A DNA stretch of 64,000 nt, taken from a bacterium. Lineage in GTDB: Bacteria > UBA8248. The notes below the pieces were generated by a model that saw nothing but the letters and a program-made list of their open reading frames with translations, did not search any database and was not told where the DNA came from. The DNA is taken from assembly GCA_965261085.1 (NCBI GenBank), contig OZ253442.1, forward strand, positions 3,968,001 to 4,032,000, given 5' to 3'. This document shows positions 28,911-39,205 of this stretch, piece by piece. The translations under genes were made by a program, and so were the position numbers. Positions within the stretch are counted from its first letter, which is position 1. Each line of letters opens with the position of its first letter.

Positions 28911-30062
28911 ATGAACGTCACACCCCTCGAAAATCTCCCCTTCGCGCCCAGCGAAGACCCTTTTGTCGTGGAGCACGGCGGGTTCTACCGGCGATGGTTC
29001 TACATGATCGAGGACATTGAGGAACTCAAGAGCGCCGTCGCCTCCCTTGAGGGAACCACCGACGACCTCTGGGTACCCGTTTGGCTTAAGATAGGCCAAC
29101 GCTATGAAAAACTCGCGGAAGAACTCGCCGTCGGTGGGGACGCTTCCGTCGCGCGCGAGAAATTTCTCCTCGCCAAGACCTACTACAGCCTCGCGCGGTT
29201 TCCCCGCCCCCTCACACCGCTCAAGGAACAAGCCAATCAGGCCTGCATACGCGCATACCTGAAATCGTGCGAGTTCCTCGACCCGCCGCTGGAAGTAGTC
29301 GGCGTGGAGTGCGCGGGAAAAACCATCACTTCTCATTTTCGCTCGCCAACCGACGCGGACGCTGCAAACCCCGCGCCCGCCGTCCTCATCATGTGCGGCG
29401 GAGACATGTTCAAGGAAGATCGAGGCTGGGCGGGCGAAATGGCCCTGGAACACGGCCTCGCCACCTTGGTGATGGACGGCCCCGGCACGGGGGAGAACCC
29501 TTTTCCCTACGAACCAGAATCCGTGGTCGCGTGGAAGGCGGCGGTCGACTATCTCGTCGCGCGTCCCGAGGTGGATGCAGGGCGCATCGGCGCGTTCGGC
29601 ATTAGCCGGGGCGGGCATTCCGTGATGCTGCTCGCAGGTTCTTATCCCGAGAAGGTGCGCGCGGCCGTCGCCAGTGCGGGCCATCACTTCGGCTACCGCA
29701 TGACGCAGGCGGAGATGGAGAACTACGTCGCCAACAGGAACAGGCGCGCCTCCTACATCTTCGGCGCGCCGGGAGACGGCCCCTCTTTTCCCGAAACCAC
29801 AATCGAGAAAGAAGAGGAACTATTCGAGCGATGGTCGCTCAGCGAACTGGATCTCGTGGAGAAAATCGTCTGCCCCGTCTTGATGATCAACGGAAAGCAG
29901 GATCACTTGGCCCCCATCGGGAACATCTATTACATGCTCGAGCACGGCCCCGTCACCGGCAAGGAGGCGCGCATCTACCCCGACGATGGGCACTGCGCCT
30001 TCAAATACTTCGAGCAATGGGCGCCCGAATCTTTCAGATGGCTGAGGGAGAAGCTATCATAA
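28911..30062 (+). CDS. FrsA/DUF1100-like alpha/beta hydrolase
   Basis: CGGD.FKED, MDGPGTG, GISRGG nucleophile elbow, NGKQD, GH. Confidence 0.88.
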   Translation: MNVTPLENLPFAPSEDPFVVEHGGFYRRWFYMIEDIEELKSAVASLEGTTDDLWVPVWLKIGQRYEKLAEELAVGGDASVAREKFLLAKTYYSLARFPRPLTPLKEQANQACIRAYLKSCEFLDPPLEVVGVECAGKTITSHFRSPTDADAANPAPAVLIMCGGDMFKEDRGWAGEMALEHGLATLVMDGPGTGENPFPYEPESVVAWKAAVDYLVARPEVDAGRIGAFGISRGGHSVMLLAGSYPEKVRAAVASAGHHFGYRMTQAEMENYVANRNRRASYIFGAPGDGPSFPETTIEKEEELFERWSLSELDLVEKIVCPVLMINGKQDHLAPIGNIYYMLEHGPVTGKEARIYPDDGHCAFKYFEQWAPESFRWLREKLS

Positions 30063-30339
30063 GGCTCATTATAACAACACCTTAAGACTTACGAAATTTA
30101 TCGAAAAACATCGTGAATTTATCTATATTTATCGTATTTTTCGCTATTTCCAGAAATTCATTTCCTGACCCATCCTTCTGAACGCGACGCGCTCCATACC
30201 GAAGCCCGAGATTTGGCGGCCTACTGCAAATGCGGGGTGGTGCGCTTCAAATTCTTGCGGAATTTCTCGTGACGAGAAAAAACTGAACACATGAACGGAG
30301 TGAAACAAAATCTATAGCAGCAATAAGAATATCTTTTCC

Positions 30340-32847
30340 TTACGTCTCTGTATTTACCCGTATACCGATTTGGTTAGCTACTGCGGTGTAGAGATCTATA
30401 TCAGATTCCGGTGCGTTGATACTTATGACTAGGGCGTATCGCGCGCTCTGATCATACCGTTTGAGTGCATGGCGTGTTTTCCACCAACCCTGAGTGGGAT
30501 AGACGGCGATGTTCCCTCGGCTCCCCAGATCGGCTGCGGTTCCCCGCCATATATCGCCATGTAGCGAGCCTCTGTGCCGGCCCTGTTTTCCAACCAACCA
30601 CGCTGGGTCCCCAGTGCTTTCACTAGTTCCTTCTTCTTCCCGAGCTGCGGCATTTATGCGACTGCGAAATGCGTTGATCGTCTCCAGTGGCTGCTTAACA
30701 TCAAAACGGAGGCCGTGAGACTCATATCTATAACGCGATCGAACACCCCTTCGAGACGGATTAGGTTCAATGAAATAAGAGAGCGTAACTCTCATTTCGA
30801 CCTGTGTTTCTCCTAGGCTTTCCAGAACATCTTGTGGCCAGGGCAAATGATGGAGGTGCATGTCGCAAGCTGAGGGCCTATATTTTCCTGCCTCTAACTT
30901 GAAAGGATGAAGACTTTCCTGAATGACCATAGTCAGCGAATTCGCGACGCTCCAGAGCGCACGGTCGATATCCGGCACACCGAAACCGCAACGCCGCAGG
31001 AGGCGTACATAGTCTTGTTTTGATGGAGTCCGAGTTGCAGGAAGAAACGAGCCTTTCATGGCATCTGTCCATTCCGCCGAATGTACGATCAGGGCGCGCA
31101 CCGTCTCGGGCCACAACTCAGGATAGACCGCCAAAATTTGAGCGGCTAGCCGAGATGCAAGCGCCGCAGCAGCGCTAGTAGCGTTAGCCGTGGTGAATAG
31201 ACGTTCGACAGGACGGTGATGAGTGGTCAGTAAACTGAGGCTGGGCATCGAGACGGCGCTCAATGAATCCTTCGCCGCATTACCACCTTCAAACACCACA
31301 TCCGGTTTCAGCGGCCAATGCGGCTCCCATATCAGGGAAGTGGTGCTGAAAGGACTCAAGCCACCCTTCGGTGCGATTGGCGAAAAACTACTCGCATCGG
31401 GCTCAGTAATCCGCACGAGGTCTGTCCAACCTCCTACTGTAAGTACATTCCAAGCCTGGGCGGGATCATGAACTCCGTCAGTGTCGTTGCTACCCGGGTA
31501 TTCAGACCATGCGTTGCTATCGTCGATATTACCGGCGGATACGACAAGCAGGCGCGGATGTGCTCCGTCTCCGTCGTCATCACTTGCCAAGGAGTCGAGC
31601 GCGGAGGACCATGCGGAAGGTTGTCCCCTATCCCGATTATCTCGAGCCGTAATGGTCATCCCGAAGATTCTTTGCCGTGATGGAGCGGTGATTTCGGGCC
31701 TAGCCACAGCTTCCACCGTCAAATATCCATGGTGATTGGGGTCCGTTCCGGTTGCGCCATCTTGGGGTAGTAGTTTTACAGATTCAAGGCGATGGTTAAT
31801 TTCAACACGGCCTTGCCCAACAAGAAGTTCCGTCAAGTTTCCCACGAGAGCCAACCCTGCCATTTGAGTCCCATGGCCAACCATATCGTCGGTTCCCCAG
31901 GCAGGCTCAACTGTATGTAGATCGTCTTCGGCTAATGCAGAGGCAAGCAGTGGATGCCCACGATTGATACCCGTATCAAGTAAGCAGACATAGGGAGTCT
32001 TAGCACCGTTAGACGAAAATCGAGTCCGAGACTGAAACTCTTCTAGCCACTCATGCTGCTCATCTCGGCTCATCGAATCAAAGAAATCCGCCGTCTCTTT
32101 CGGCCGCCTTAACTCAGCAATGCTGTTAAGCACAAGCATCGAACTCTGCATCTGCTCGAAGGAAGCGCGGACCATCAGTACTGTTCGCTCCGGAAAGGTT
32201 AAGTGCTCTTGCGCGACCTCCATTCCCTGGGCTTTAGCTAGCTCACAAAAAGCCGCAAGTACAGCTTGACGGTCCCGCCGAACCGGTAGCCACACTTCCC
32301 ACCACAACGGACCTTCATCCACGGCTGGAAAAACTTCCGAAGTATCAGTCCATAGTGCTCGAAGGCTCGCTACCCGAATCTGTTGGATTGCATCTAAGAG
32401 CCGTCTATTATCACGGGGACGTCCAATTCTATCCTGTTTCTTTGCCAAATAGTCGCGAATTAAGTTTTCAAAATGTTCGAGCTTTCCGTCAGGCACGAAC
32501 ACAGTGGCTTGGATTCGATTATTCTCATGACGAACATTAAGAAGTTCAATGCCCCAATGTTCTCGGGCGAGACTCTCGAAAGCCAGTTCAATACCGGGGA
32601 AACTCTCGAACTCGATCTGAAGCCCTAGCCCTTCCTCCAAGCCTGCGGCCTGCTGGGCATCTCGAGCGGAGTCCGCCTCCGCTCGAAGGTTTTCGAGTTG
32701 CCGTCGCAACGCCCCACCGTGTTGCTCTCTGTTTCGTTCCCGCACATGCGACCGCCCACCGCTTTGTTGCGGAGAACGATAAATCTCCGTCTCAGTGACT
32801 CCACTAAGGATGAAGTGTCGATTTTTCCCTTCGGTTCCGTTCGTCAT
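30340..32847 (-). CDS. ietS: S8-family serine protease (IetS/Y4bN-like)
   Basis: Catalytic triad LLDTG, GHGT.MAG, ATSAA; SAGN, KPDVV.EGGN, R.TLSYFIEPNP. Confidence 0.88.
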   Translation of the reverse strand: MTNGTEGKNRHFILSGVTETEIYRSPQQSGGRSHVRERNREQHGGALRRQLENLRAEADSARDAQQAAGLEEGLGLQIEFESFPGIELAFESLAREHWGIELLNVRHENNRIQATVFVPDGKLEHFENLIRDYLAKKQDRIGRPRDNRRLLDAIQQIRVASLRALWTDTSEVFPAVDEGPLWWEVWLPVRRDRQAVLAAFCELAKAQGMEVAQEHLTFPERTVLMVRASFEQMQSSMLVLNSIAELRRPKETADFFDSMSRDEQHEWLEEFQSRTRFSSNGAKTPYVCLLDTGINRGHPLLASALAEDDLHTVEPAWGTDDMVGHGTQMAGLALVGNLTELLVGQGRVEINHRLESVKLLPQDGATGTDPNHHGYLTVEAVARPEITAPSRQRIFGMTITARDNRDRGQPSAWSSALDSLASDDDGDGAHPRLLVVSAGNIDDSNAWSEYPGSNDTDGVHDPAQAWNVLTVGGWTDLVRITEPDASSFSPIAPKGGLSPFSTTSLIWEPHWPLKPDVVFEGGNAAKDSLSAVSMPSLSLLTTHHRPVERLFTTANATSAAAALASRLAAQILAVYPELWPETVRALIVHSAEWTDAMKGSFLPATRTPSKQDYVRLLRRCGFGVPDIDRALWSVANSLTMVIQESLHPFKLEAGKYRPSACDMHLHHLPWPQDVLESLGETQVEMRVTLSYFIEPNPSRRGVRSRYRYESHGLRFDVKQPLETINAFRSRINAAAREEEGTSESTGDPAWLVGKQGRHRGSLHGDIWRGTAADLGSRGNIAVYPTQGWWKTRHALKRYDQSARYALVISINAPESDIDLYTAVANQIGIRVNTET

Positions 32848-32850
32848 TGA

Positions 32851-33840
32851 TTACGCTTTCTTCTTGCTTAACTTGTCGGCGATGCTCTTGCGCTCGGCGA
32901 GCATGGCTTGGATGTCTTCTTCATAAACTCGTGCACGTTTACGGATTAATACATCTTTGAGAACCTCATTCGTAGCGCGCGTGATTTCTGCATAGTTCAA
33001 CCCAACGGCCGAGGTCGCGAGAGTTAGCCAGCGGGTCTTCTTGAGAGCGGTCCCCACGAGGCGCGTCTTCAGCAGTTCTGCAATTTGCAATTTGTCCGGC
33101 AGGTCATAATGCAGAACATCGTCGAAGCGGCGGAAAAGCGCCGAGTCGAGGATATCGGGGTGGTTGGTCGCCGCCATGACAAGGCTGTGAGAGTGGTCTT
33201 GCTCGATCATCTGCAGAAAGCTGTTCAGCACCCGGCGGATCTCACCCACATCGTTGGCGAGTCCACGCTGCGATCCGATTGCGTCGAATTCATCGAAGAA
33301 ATAGACGCCCCGGGTCTGGTTGGTAGCATCGAAGACCTGCCTCAGCTTGGCCGCGGTCTCTCCCATATATTTTGTGATGAGCCCATCTAGCCGGACTTGC
33401 AGAAGAGGAAGGCCTAACTCCCCGGCGAGGACTGAGGCTGTCAATGTCTTGCCTGTACCAGGCGGACCTACTAACAGTAGTTTGCGCCTTGGGGAGAGTC
33501 CATGTTCGAGTATTTCACTGGCGTGACGTTGCTCGCGGATGACACGCTTGATTTGATCCGCTAGATCCTTTTCGAGGATCATTTCTCCCAGTCGGGTCTT
33601 CGGATAGGAAACTTCCAAGAGATTCGTCAACTCGCCGCGCGGGCGACTAATCGGTACCGGCGGTCTCGCGCCTTGCTGGCTTTTCGCAGCATCGATCATG
33701 GCGCGCAATTCCTTGGCAAGATTGCCATGGCCTAGCCTCGCTTCATGAGCGGCAACTTGCATGGCGACCGAGAAAAACCGGTCGTCGTCCCCTTCAAGAT
33801 GCGATCTCAGCAATGCCTTGAGATGCTCAGCACTAGCCAT
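32851..33840 (-). CDS. ietA: AAA+ ATPase (IetA-like)
   Basis: Walker A GPPGTGKT, Walker B FFDEFD, AATN, ALFRRFD; 3 bp upstream of the S8 protease. Confidence 0.9.
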   Translation of the reverse strand: MASAEHLKALLRSHLEGDDDRFFSVAMQVAAHEARLGHGNLAKELRAMIDAAKSQQGARPPVPISRPRGELTNLLEVSYPKTRLGEMILEKDLADQIKRVIREQRHASEILEHGLSPRRKLLLVGPPGTGKTLTASVLAGELGLPLLQVRLDGLITKYMGETAAKLRQVFDATNQTRGVYFFDEFDAIGSQRGLANDVGEIRRVLNSFLQMIEQDHSHSLVMAATNHPDILDSALFRRFDDVLHYDLPDKLQIAELLKTRLVGTALKKTRWLTLATSAVGLNYAEITRATNEVLKDVLIRKRARVYEEDIQAMLAERKSIADKLSKKKA

Positions 33841-33973
33841 GAGATAACTCCCGCCAGTATGTGAAACACTTCATACGCGGAACATGTCCATCACTTTTTC
33901 CCCAAGCGGCGGTGTCAGTCTCTACCCAACCATGAGACAACGGATTATTATTTCCTTTCTCCTCATAGGGGCC

Positions 33974-34002
33974 AAAATAGGGAGGCGTTAAAAGTAAGTC
34001 AA
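33974..34002 (-). promoter_or_regulatory. Putative sigma70 promoter for ietAS
   Basis: TTGACT-N17-TATTTT. Confidence 0.35.
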
Positions 34003-34139
34003 GGCGGAATTAGTCTTCTATCCTACACGATGACCCAAAAAGCAAGCAAAAACCTCGAAACGATGTATAATCCCTCCACCGCACCGGCCGCCTGGTGCCC
34101 TTCATCTTTTTTCATTATCTCAAACCAGGAGGAATACCG

Positions 34140-35027
34140 ATGGAACGCATACAGGTGAGTGATTTCGACCAGGAATTGTTGAATCTGTTCGATGAGTACG
34201 TGCACGGGATCATCGAGCGCAGGGAGTTTCTCGACAAAGCGGCCAAGTTCGCCGTGGGGGGACTCACCGCCGCCGCTCTTCTCGACTTGCTCTCGCCCGA
34301 TTACGCCCTGGCGAAACAAGTCGAGGAAAACGACTCGCGCATCAAGGGGGAGACGATTGAGTACGCCTCACCCAAGGGGCACGGAAAAATCAAGGGCTAT
34401 CTCGTTCGCCCCGCGGGCGGGGGCAAGCGCGGCGGCGTGGTCGTCGTGCACGAGAACAGGGGATTCAATCCCTATATCGCGGACGTGGCCCGCCGCGTGG
34501 CCGTGGCCGGCTTCACCGCTCTTGCGCCAGACGGCCTCACCCCACTGGGCGGATACCCCGGAAACGACCCCGACGGAAAGGTCATGCAGCGTAAACTCGA
34601 CAAGGCGAAACTGCTGCAGGATTTCTTCGCCGCCTTCGATCACTTAAAAGCCGACGCGAACGCGAACGGCAAAATTGGCGTGGTGGGCTTTTGCTACGGA
34701 GGCGGCGTCTCGAACGCCATGGCCGTCCACAAGGCGGACTTGGCCGCGTCTGTTCCCTTCTACGGCCGCCAGCCCAAGACCGAAGCGGAGGTCGCAAAAA
34801 TCAAGGCGCCCTTACTGATCCACTTGGGCGAGTTGGATAAGCGAGTCAACAAGGGCTGGCCCGCCTATGAGGCCGCGCTCAAGAAACACGGCAAGGAATA
34901 CACCGCGCATTTTTATCCCAAGGCCAACCACGGCTTTCACAACGACACCACGCCGCGCTACGACAAAGCCGCCGCCGAACTCGCCTGGAAGCGCACGATT
35001 AGCTTTTTCCGGGCGAAGCTTGGGTAG
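34140..35027 (+). CDS. Dienelactone hydrolase family (YghX-like)
   Basis: [36 protein letters not shown]; AGGAGG RBS. Confidence 0.92.
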   Translation: MERIQVSDFDQELLNLFDEYVHGIIERREFLDKAAKFAVGGLTAAALLDLLSPDYALAKQVEENDSRIKGETIEYASPKGHGKIKGYLVRPAGGGKRGGVVVVHENRGFNPYIADVARRVAVAGFTALAPDGLTPLGGYPGNDPDGKVMQRKLDKAKLLQDFFAAFDHLKADANANGKIGVVGFCYGGGVSNAMAVHKADLAASVPFYGRQPKTEAEVAKIKAPLLIHLGELDKRVNKGWPAYEAALKKHGKEYTAHFYPKANHGFHNDTTPRYDKAAAELAWKRTISFFRAKLG

Positions 35028-35043
35028 ACCGATTCCAATTGAG

Positions 35044-35080
35044 GAAGACGGCCTTCCCCGAGAGGGGGAGGTTGTTCTTC
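35044..35080 (+). terminator. Putative terminator hairpin
   Basis: GGCCTTCCCC-GAGA-GGGGGAGGTT with a GNRA loop just after the stop codon; weak U-tract. Confidence 0.45.
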
Positions 35081-35230
35081 GTCTTAAGGGAGTGTGCGCG
35101 AACCCCAAGACGAAGACGCAACTTCCCCGCACCCCCCTTCTCTGCCATAATGTGTGCGCCATGAGGACCCCTGTTCGGTCGAGCAGTTTCTCGACCCCTC
35201 GTATTCACAGAGACAGGGACTCCCGACCTC

Positions 35231-35986
35231 ATGCTCGCCCTGCCGGGAAAATTCATCGACTTCAATAAATACCTCTCCAAGCGTTTCGATGCGGTGCTGC
35301 CCGAGAAATTCCGGGTGGATGGGCACACCCATTTCCGAAAAGAATTCGCGCCGCCCCACATCCCCGAAGGCGCACTGGTCTACGAAGTGGGCGGGGGGAA
35401 ACATCCCCTCCACTCCAGGGAGGAGAAGACGCGGCGGGGCCTTCGCATCATCGGCCTCGACATCGACCACGGAGAACTAATCTGCGCGTCATGCGGGGCG
35501 TATGATGAGACCATCCGCGCCGACATCACCGAATACCGGGGACGCGCAGACGCCGACGCGGTGATTTGCCGGGCAATGCTCGAGCACGTCATCGACACCC
35601 CGGCTGCCTTCGCGGGTCTGGCGAGCATACTGAAGAAAGGAGGCGTCGCCCTCCTCTTCACGCCATCGAGAAACGCCCTCTACGCACGGGTGAACCTCCT
35701 CATCCCCGAGAGACTCAAGCGGAATCTACTGAGGTTCTTCTATCCCGAACTCGCGGAGAAGTCCGGTTTTCCGGGACGTTACTATCGCTGCACATTGCCC
35801 GAATTCGAAGAAATGGCGCACGGGCAAGGCTTATCCGTCATTCAGAAAAAGGCCTATTATTACAGTAAGTATTTCAGCTTCTTTGCGCCTCTGCACGTTC
35901 TCTGGCGGGCGTGGCTTTGGATCTTCTTTCTCCTGGCGCGCGAGCGGGCGGCGGAGACCTTCAGCCTCGCACTGCGCAAAAAATAA
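35231..35986 (+). CDS. Class I SAM-dependent methyltransferase
   Basis: YEVGGG, IGLDI, ADI, LEHV.D, LKKGG...FTP. Confidence 0.85.
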   Translation: MLALPGKFIDFNKYLSKRFDAVLPEKFRVDGHTHFRKEFAPPHIPEGALVYEVGGGKHPLHSREEKTRRGLRIIGLDIDHGELICASCGAYDETIRADITEYRGRADADAVICRAMLEHVIDTPAAFAGLASILKKGGVALLFTPSRNALYARVNLLIPERLKRNLLRFFYPELAEKSGFPGRYYRCTLPEFEEMAHGQGLSVIQKKAYYYSKYFSFFAPLHVLWRAWLWIFFLLARERAAETFSLALRKK

Positions 35987-36039
35987 GGCTGGGAACCAGG
36001 GCGCGCTTCGATTCATCGGCTTTCGGTTGAGTAGACATC

Positions 36040-37986
36040 ATGTGCGGCGTTGCGGGTTTTCTCTTCACGCATCAGGAGACGGACGACCCCCGAGACATCG
36101 TTTTGAGGATGGCGGAGAGCCTGCGCCACCGGGGGCCCGACGATGGAGGTAGCTGGGTAGACGAGACGGCGGGCGTTGCTCTGGGGCACCGTAGGCTCTC
36201 CGTCATCGACCTGAGCGCGGATGGCCGACAACCGATGATTTCGCACGGGGGGCGATACGTCCTCTCCTACAACGGTGAAATCTATAATTTTCTGGAACTG
36301 CGCGATGAATTGACGCGCGAGGGGGTGCGCTTCAAGGGAGGTTCGGACACCGAGGTCCTCCTCGCCGCAGTGGAAACGTGGGGGCTGGAGACGGTGATAG
36401 AGCGATTCGTCGGCATGTTCGCCTTCGCACTGTGGGATCGCGCAGAAAAAACGCTGCACCTCGCGCGCGACCGGATGGGCGAAAAACCTCTGTATTACGG
36501 CTGGTGCGGAAAATCTTTTCTTTTCGGCTCGGAACTCAAATCCCTCCGCGCGCACCCCGATTGGAAAGGCGAGATTTCCACCGACGCGCTGGCCCTTTAC
36601 ATGAAACTCGGCTGCGTGCCCGGCCCGTACTCCATCTACCGGGGAATCCATAAGCTGCCGCCCGCCTCCATCTTGAGCCTCAGCACTTCGGCTCCGCCCG
36701 GGCATCTACCCGAACCGCGCACGTATTGGCGCGCGGAAGACACCGTGAAGCGCGCATCCGTAGACAGACGGGCGCTCTCCGATGATGAGGCGCTCGACCA
36801 ACTAGAAGAGGTGCTCAAGCGCTCCGTGCGCCAGATGCTGCGCTCGGATGCGCCGCTCGGCGCGTTTCTCTCGGGCGGGGTCGATTCCTCGACCGTGGCT
36901 GCCCTGATGAAGGCGGAGAGCGGCGCTCCCATCCGGACGTTTTCCATCGGATTTCATGAGAAAGGCTACGATGAAGCCCACCATGCGCGCGAGATGGCCC
37001 GCCACCTCCAAACGGATCACACCGAACTCTACGCAGGCCCGAGAGAAGCGCTCGAAGTCATCCCGCGCCTGCCCCGGCTCTATGACGAACCGTTTGCGGA
37101 TCCTTCCCAGATTCCCACATTCTTGCTATGCGCCCTGACGCGCGAATTCGTGACGGTCGCCCTCTCGGGCGATGGGGGCGATGAGCTTTTCGGCGGCTAT
37201 AACCGCTATTTCTGGGCGCCCAGGGTCTGGAAGTGGAACAATCGGCTGCCGGAGGGAGTGAAAGCGCGAATCGCGAACGGATTGGTGACGCGGCATCCCG
37301 CACTGGCGCGATATTATAAAAAAATATCTCCTCTGCTGCCGAGGCGCTGTCGAGTCGAGATGGCCGGAGAGAAGCTCCTTAAACTGGCGAATCTCTTTGG
37401 CGCAGCGAATCTGGATGAGATGTATGAGCGCCTGAGAGCGCACGGGAACACTTCGGTTTGCCTGAGTGGGCATCGGGATAAGGAGGGTGCATTCACCTCA
37501 GAAACCGTCCCGCGCGGTCTTCATCCCGCCGAGAGGATGATGTACCGTGACATGGTGGAATATCTGCCCGATGATATTCTGGTGAAAGCGGACAGGGCGA
37601 GCATGGGAGCGAGCCTCGAATTGAGAGCGCCCTACCTGGATCACCGGGTCGTAGAGTTCGTCTGGAGTCTCCCGCTGCGGCTGAAGCTGCGGGGAGGCGA
37701 AGGAAAATGGATTTTAAGGCGCTTGTTGTCCCGCTACGCTCCCGCCTCGCTGATTCAAAGGCCTAAAATGGGGTTCGCCGTCCCTATCGGCGAATGGCTG
37801 AGAGGCCCTCTTGAGAACTGGGCGGAAGATTTGTTAAGAGAATCGCGCCTTAAGGGAGAGGACTTTTTTCACGCAAAAACCATTCGCAAAATGTGGGAGC
37901 AGCACGCATCCGGTGACAAGGATTGGCAATTCCGCCTTTGGAACGTGTTGATGTTTCAGGCCTGGCTGGAAGAGCAAGGGCGATGA
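36040..37986 (+). CDS. asnB: Asparagine-synthase-like amidotransferase (glycan-modifying)
   Basis: MCGVAG, HRGPD, NGEIYN, SGGVDSS, SGDGGDELFGGY. Confidence 0.93.
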   Translation: MCGVAGFLFTHQETDDPRDIVLRMAESLRHRGPDDGGSWVDETAGVALGHRRLSVIDLSADGRQPMISHGGRYVLSYNGEIYNFLELRDELTREGVRFKGGSDTEVLLAAVETWGLETVIERFVGMFAFALWDRAEKTLHLARDRMGEKPLYYGWCGKSFLFGSELKSLRAHPDWKGEISTDALALYMKLGCVPGPYSIYRGIHKLPPASILSLSTSAPPGHLPEPRTYWRAEDTVKRASVDRRALSDDEALDQLEEVLKRSVRQMLRSDAPLGAFLSGGVDSSTVAALMKAESGAPIRTFSIGFHEKGYDEAHHAREMARHLQTDHTELYAGPREALEVIPRLPRLYDEPFADPSQIPTFLLCALTREFVTVALSGDGGDELFGGYNRYFWAPRVWKWNNRLPEGVKARIANGLVTRHPALARYYKKISPLLPRRCRVEMAGEKLLKLANLFGAANLDEMYERLRAHGNTSVCLSGHRDKEGAFTSETVPRGLHPAERMMYRDMVEYLPDDILVKADRASMGASLELRAPYLDHRVVEFVWSLPLRLKLRGGEGKWILRRLLSRYAPASLIQRPKMGFAVPIGEWLRGPLENWAEDLLRESRLKGEDFFHAKTIRKMWEQHASGDKDWQFRLWNVLMFQAWLEEQGR

Positions 37987-37987
37987 G

Positions 37988-39160
37988 ATGAGCAAGACGC
38001 TGTTTTTGCTGGATCTGGAAGACAGATACTTCTTGAGCCACAGGCGCGCGCTCGCGCTGGCGGCCAAGGATGCGGGATATCGCGTCGTCATATGCGTGAG
38101 AATAGGCGGGAAATACATGGAGCGGATTCGCGAAGAGGGATTCGAGTGTTTCGCTTTGGGGAGTGAAAACAAAGAGGGCCTCTCTTTACGGAGGGAATTT
38201 GTCGCCCTATTCAAGCTTGTTCGCGCCTACCGGAAGTATCGGCCCCGAATCGCCCACCATTTCGGAGTCAGGAATCTTCTTCACGGTTCGCTCGCCGCGC
38301 GCCTCACCAAAACGCCCTTCGTCGTTAACTCATTTCTGGGACTGGGTTCGTTGTTTTCCGAAGATTCTCTGAAACTGCATGTATTGAGAAGAATCGTTTT
38401 GGTTCTGCTCAAGTATTTTCACCGGGCGAAAAACACCCGCGTGATCGTGCAGAACGACGACGATAAAGAGATGATTCTGAAAAACGTGCTTCCCGATGAA
38501 TCCCGCCTGAGCGTCATCCGAGGCTCCGGCGTCGACGTTCACTCATTTCATCCCGCACCGGAGCCTGCGGGCGCGCCCCTGGCGGTACTCGCCTCCCGGA
38601 TGCTGGCGGAAAAAGGGGTGCATGAATTCGTGGAAGCGGCGGCCCTGCTGAAAAAAGAGGGCATGAAAATTCGCATGGCGCTGGTGGGAAGCCCGGACCC
38701 AAAGAACCTATCTTCCATTCCCGAATCGACGCTTTCTGAATGGAACCGCAGGGCCCAAATCGAATGGTGGGGCTACAGAGAGGAGATGGCTGAGGTTTGG
38801 AGAGGCTGCCACATCGCCGTTTTGCCGACGTATTACAAAGAGGGACTTCCGAGAAGCCTGCTGGAGGCGGCGGCTTGCGCCCGCCCGCTGGTGGCCACCG
38901 ACGTTCCGGGATGCCGGGATATCGTGAAAGACGGCGTGAACGGACTCCACGTCGCACCCCGTGACGCCAAGAACTTGGCCGACGCCATCGGCAAGCTGGC
39001 CCGGGACGCTGCACTCCGGCAAAGAATGGGCGAGGCGGGACGGAGAATCGTGGAAAAAGAGTTTTCCGATGAAATCGTGTCAGAAGCAATTCTGAAACTC
39101 TATGAGCGCATTAGCGCGGCTGAAAAAGAATCGGGAAGAAGTAAAGAGAGTTTCGGGTAG
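37988..39160 (+). CDS. Glycosyltransferase family 4
   Basis: GSGVD, R...EKG, EGLPRSLLEA.A. Confidence 0.92.
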   Translation: MSKTLFLLDLEDRYFLSHRRALALAAKDAGYRVVICVRIGGKYMERIREEGFECFALGSENKEGLSLRREFVALFKLVRAYRKYRPRIAHHFGVRNLLHGSLAARLTKTPFVVNSFLGLGSLFSEDSLKLHVLRRIVLVLLKYFHRAKNTRVIVQNDDDKEMILKNVLPDESRLSVIRGSGVDVHSFHPAPEPAGAPLAVLASRMLAEKGVHEFVEAAALLKKEGMKIRMALVGSPDPKNLSSIPESTLSEWNRRAQIEWWGYREEMAEVWRGCHIAVLPTYYKEGLPRSLLEAAACARPLVATDVPGCRDIVKDGVNGLHVAPRDAKNLADAIGKLARDAALRQRMGEAGRRIVEKEFSDEIVSEAILKLYERISAAEKESGRSKESFG

Positions 39161-39205
39161 CCTGACGGATGGAGGAGGAAGCCTCTCGCCAGGTGAGATG
39201 ACGGC

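Noticed and set aside
30090-30140. Three ATTTATC copies near the ietS end, as possible iterons or att site
   Set aside because: Short, irregularly spaced, in AT-rich context, and no counterpart seen at the other end of the cassette.
39150-39166. ops/JUMPStart-like GGGTAGCCTG
   Set aside because: Does not match GGCGGTAG and sits at a gene 3' end between convergent genes.
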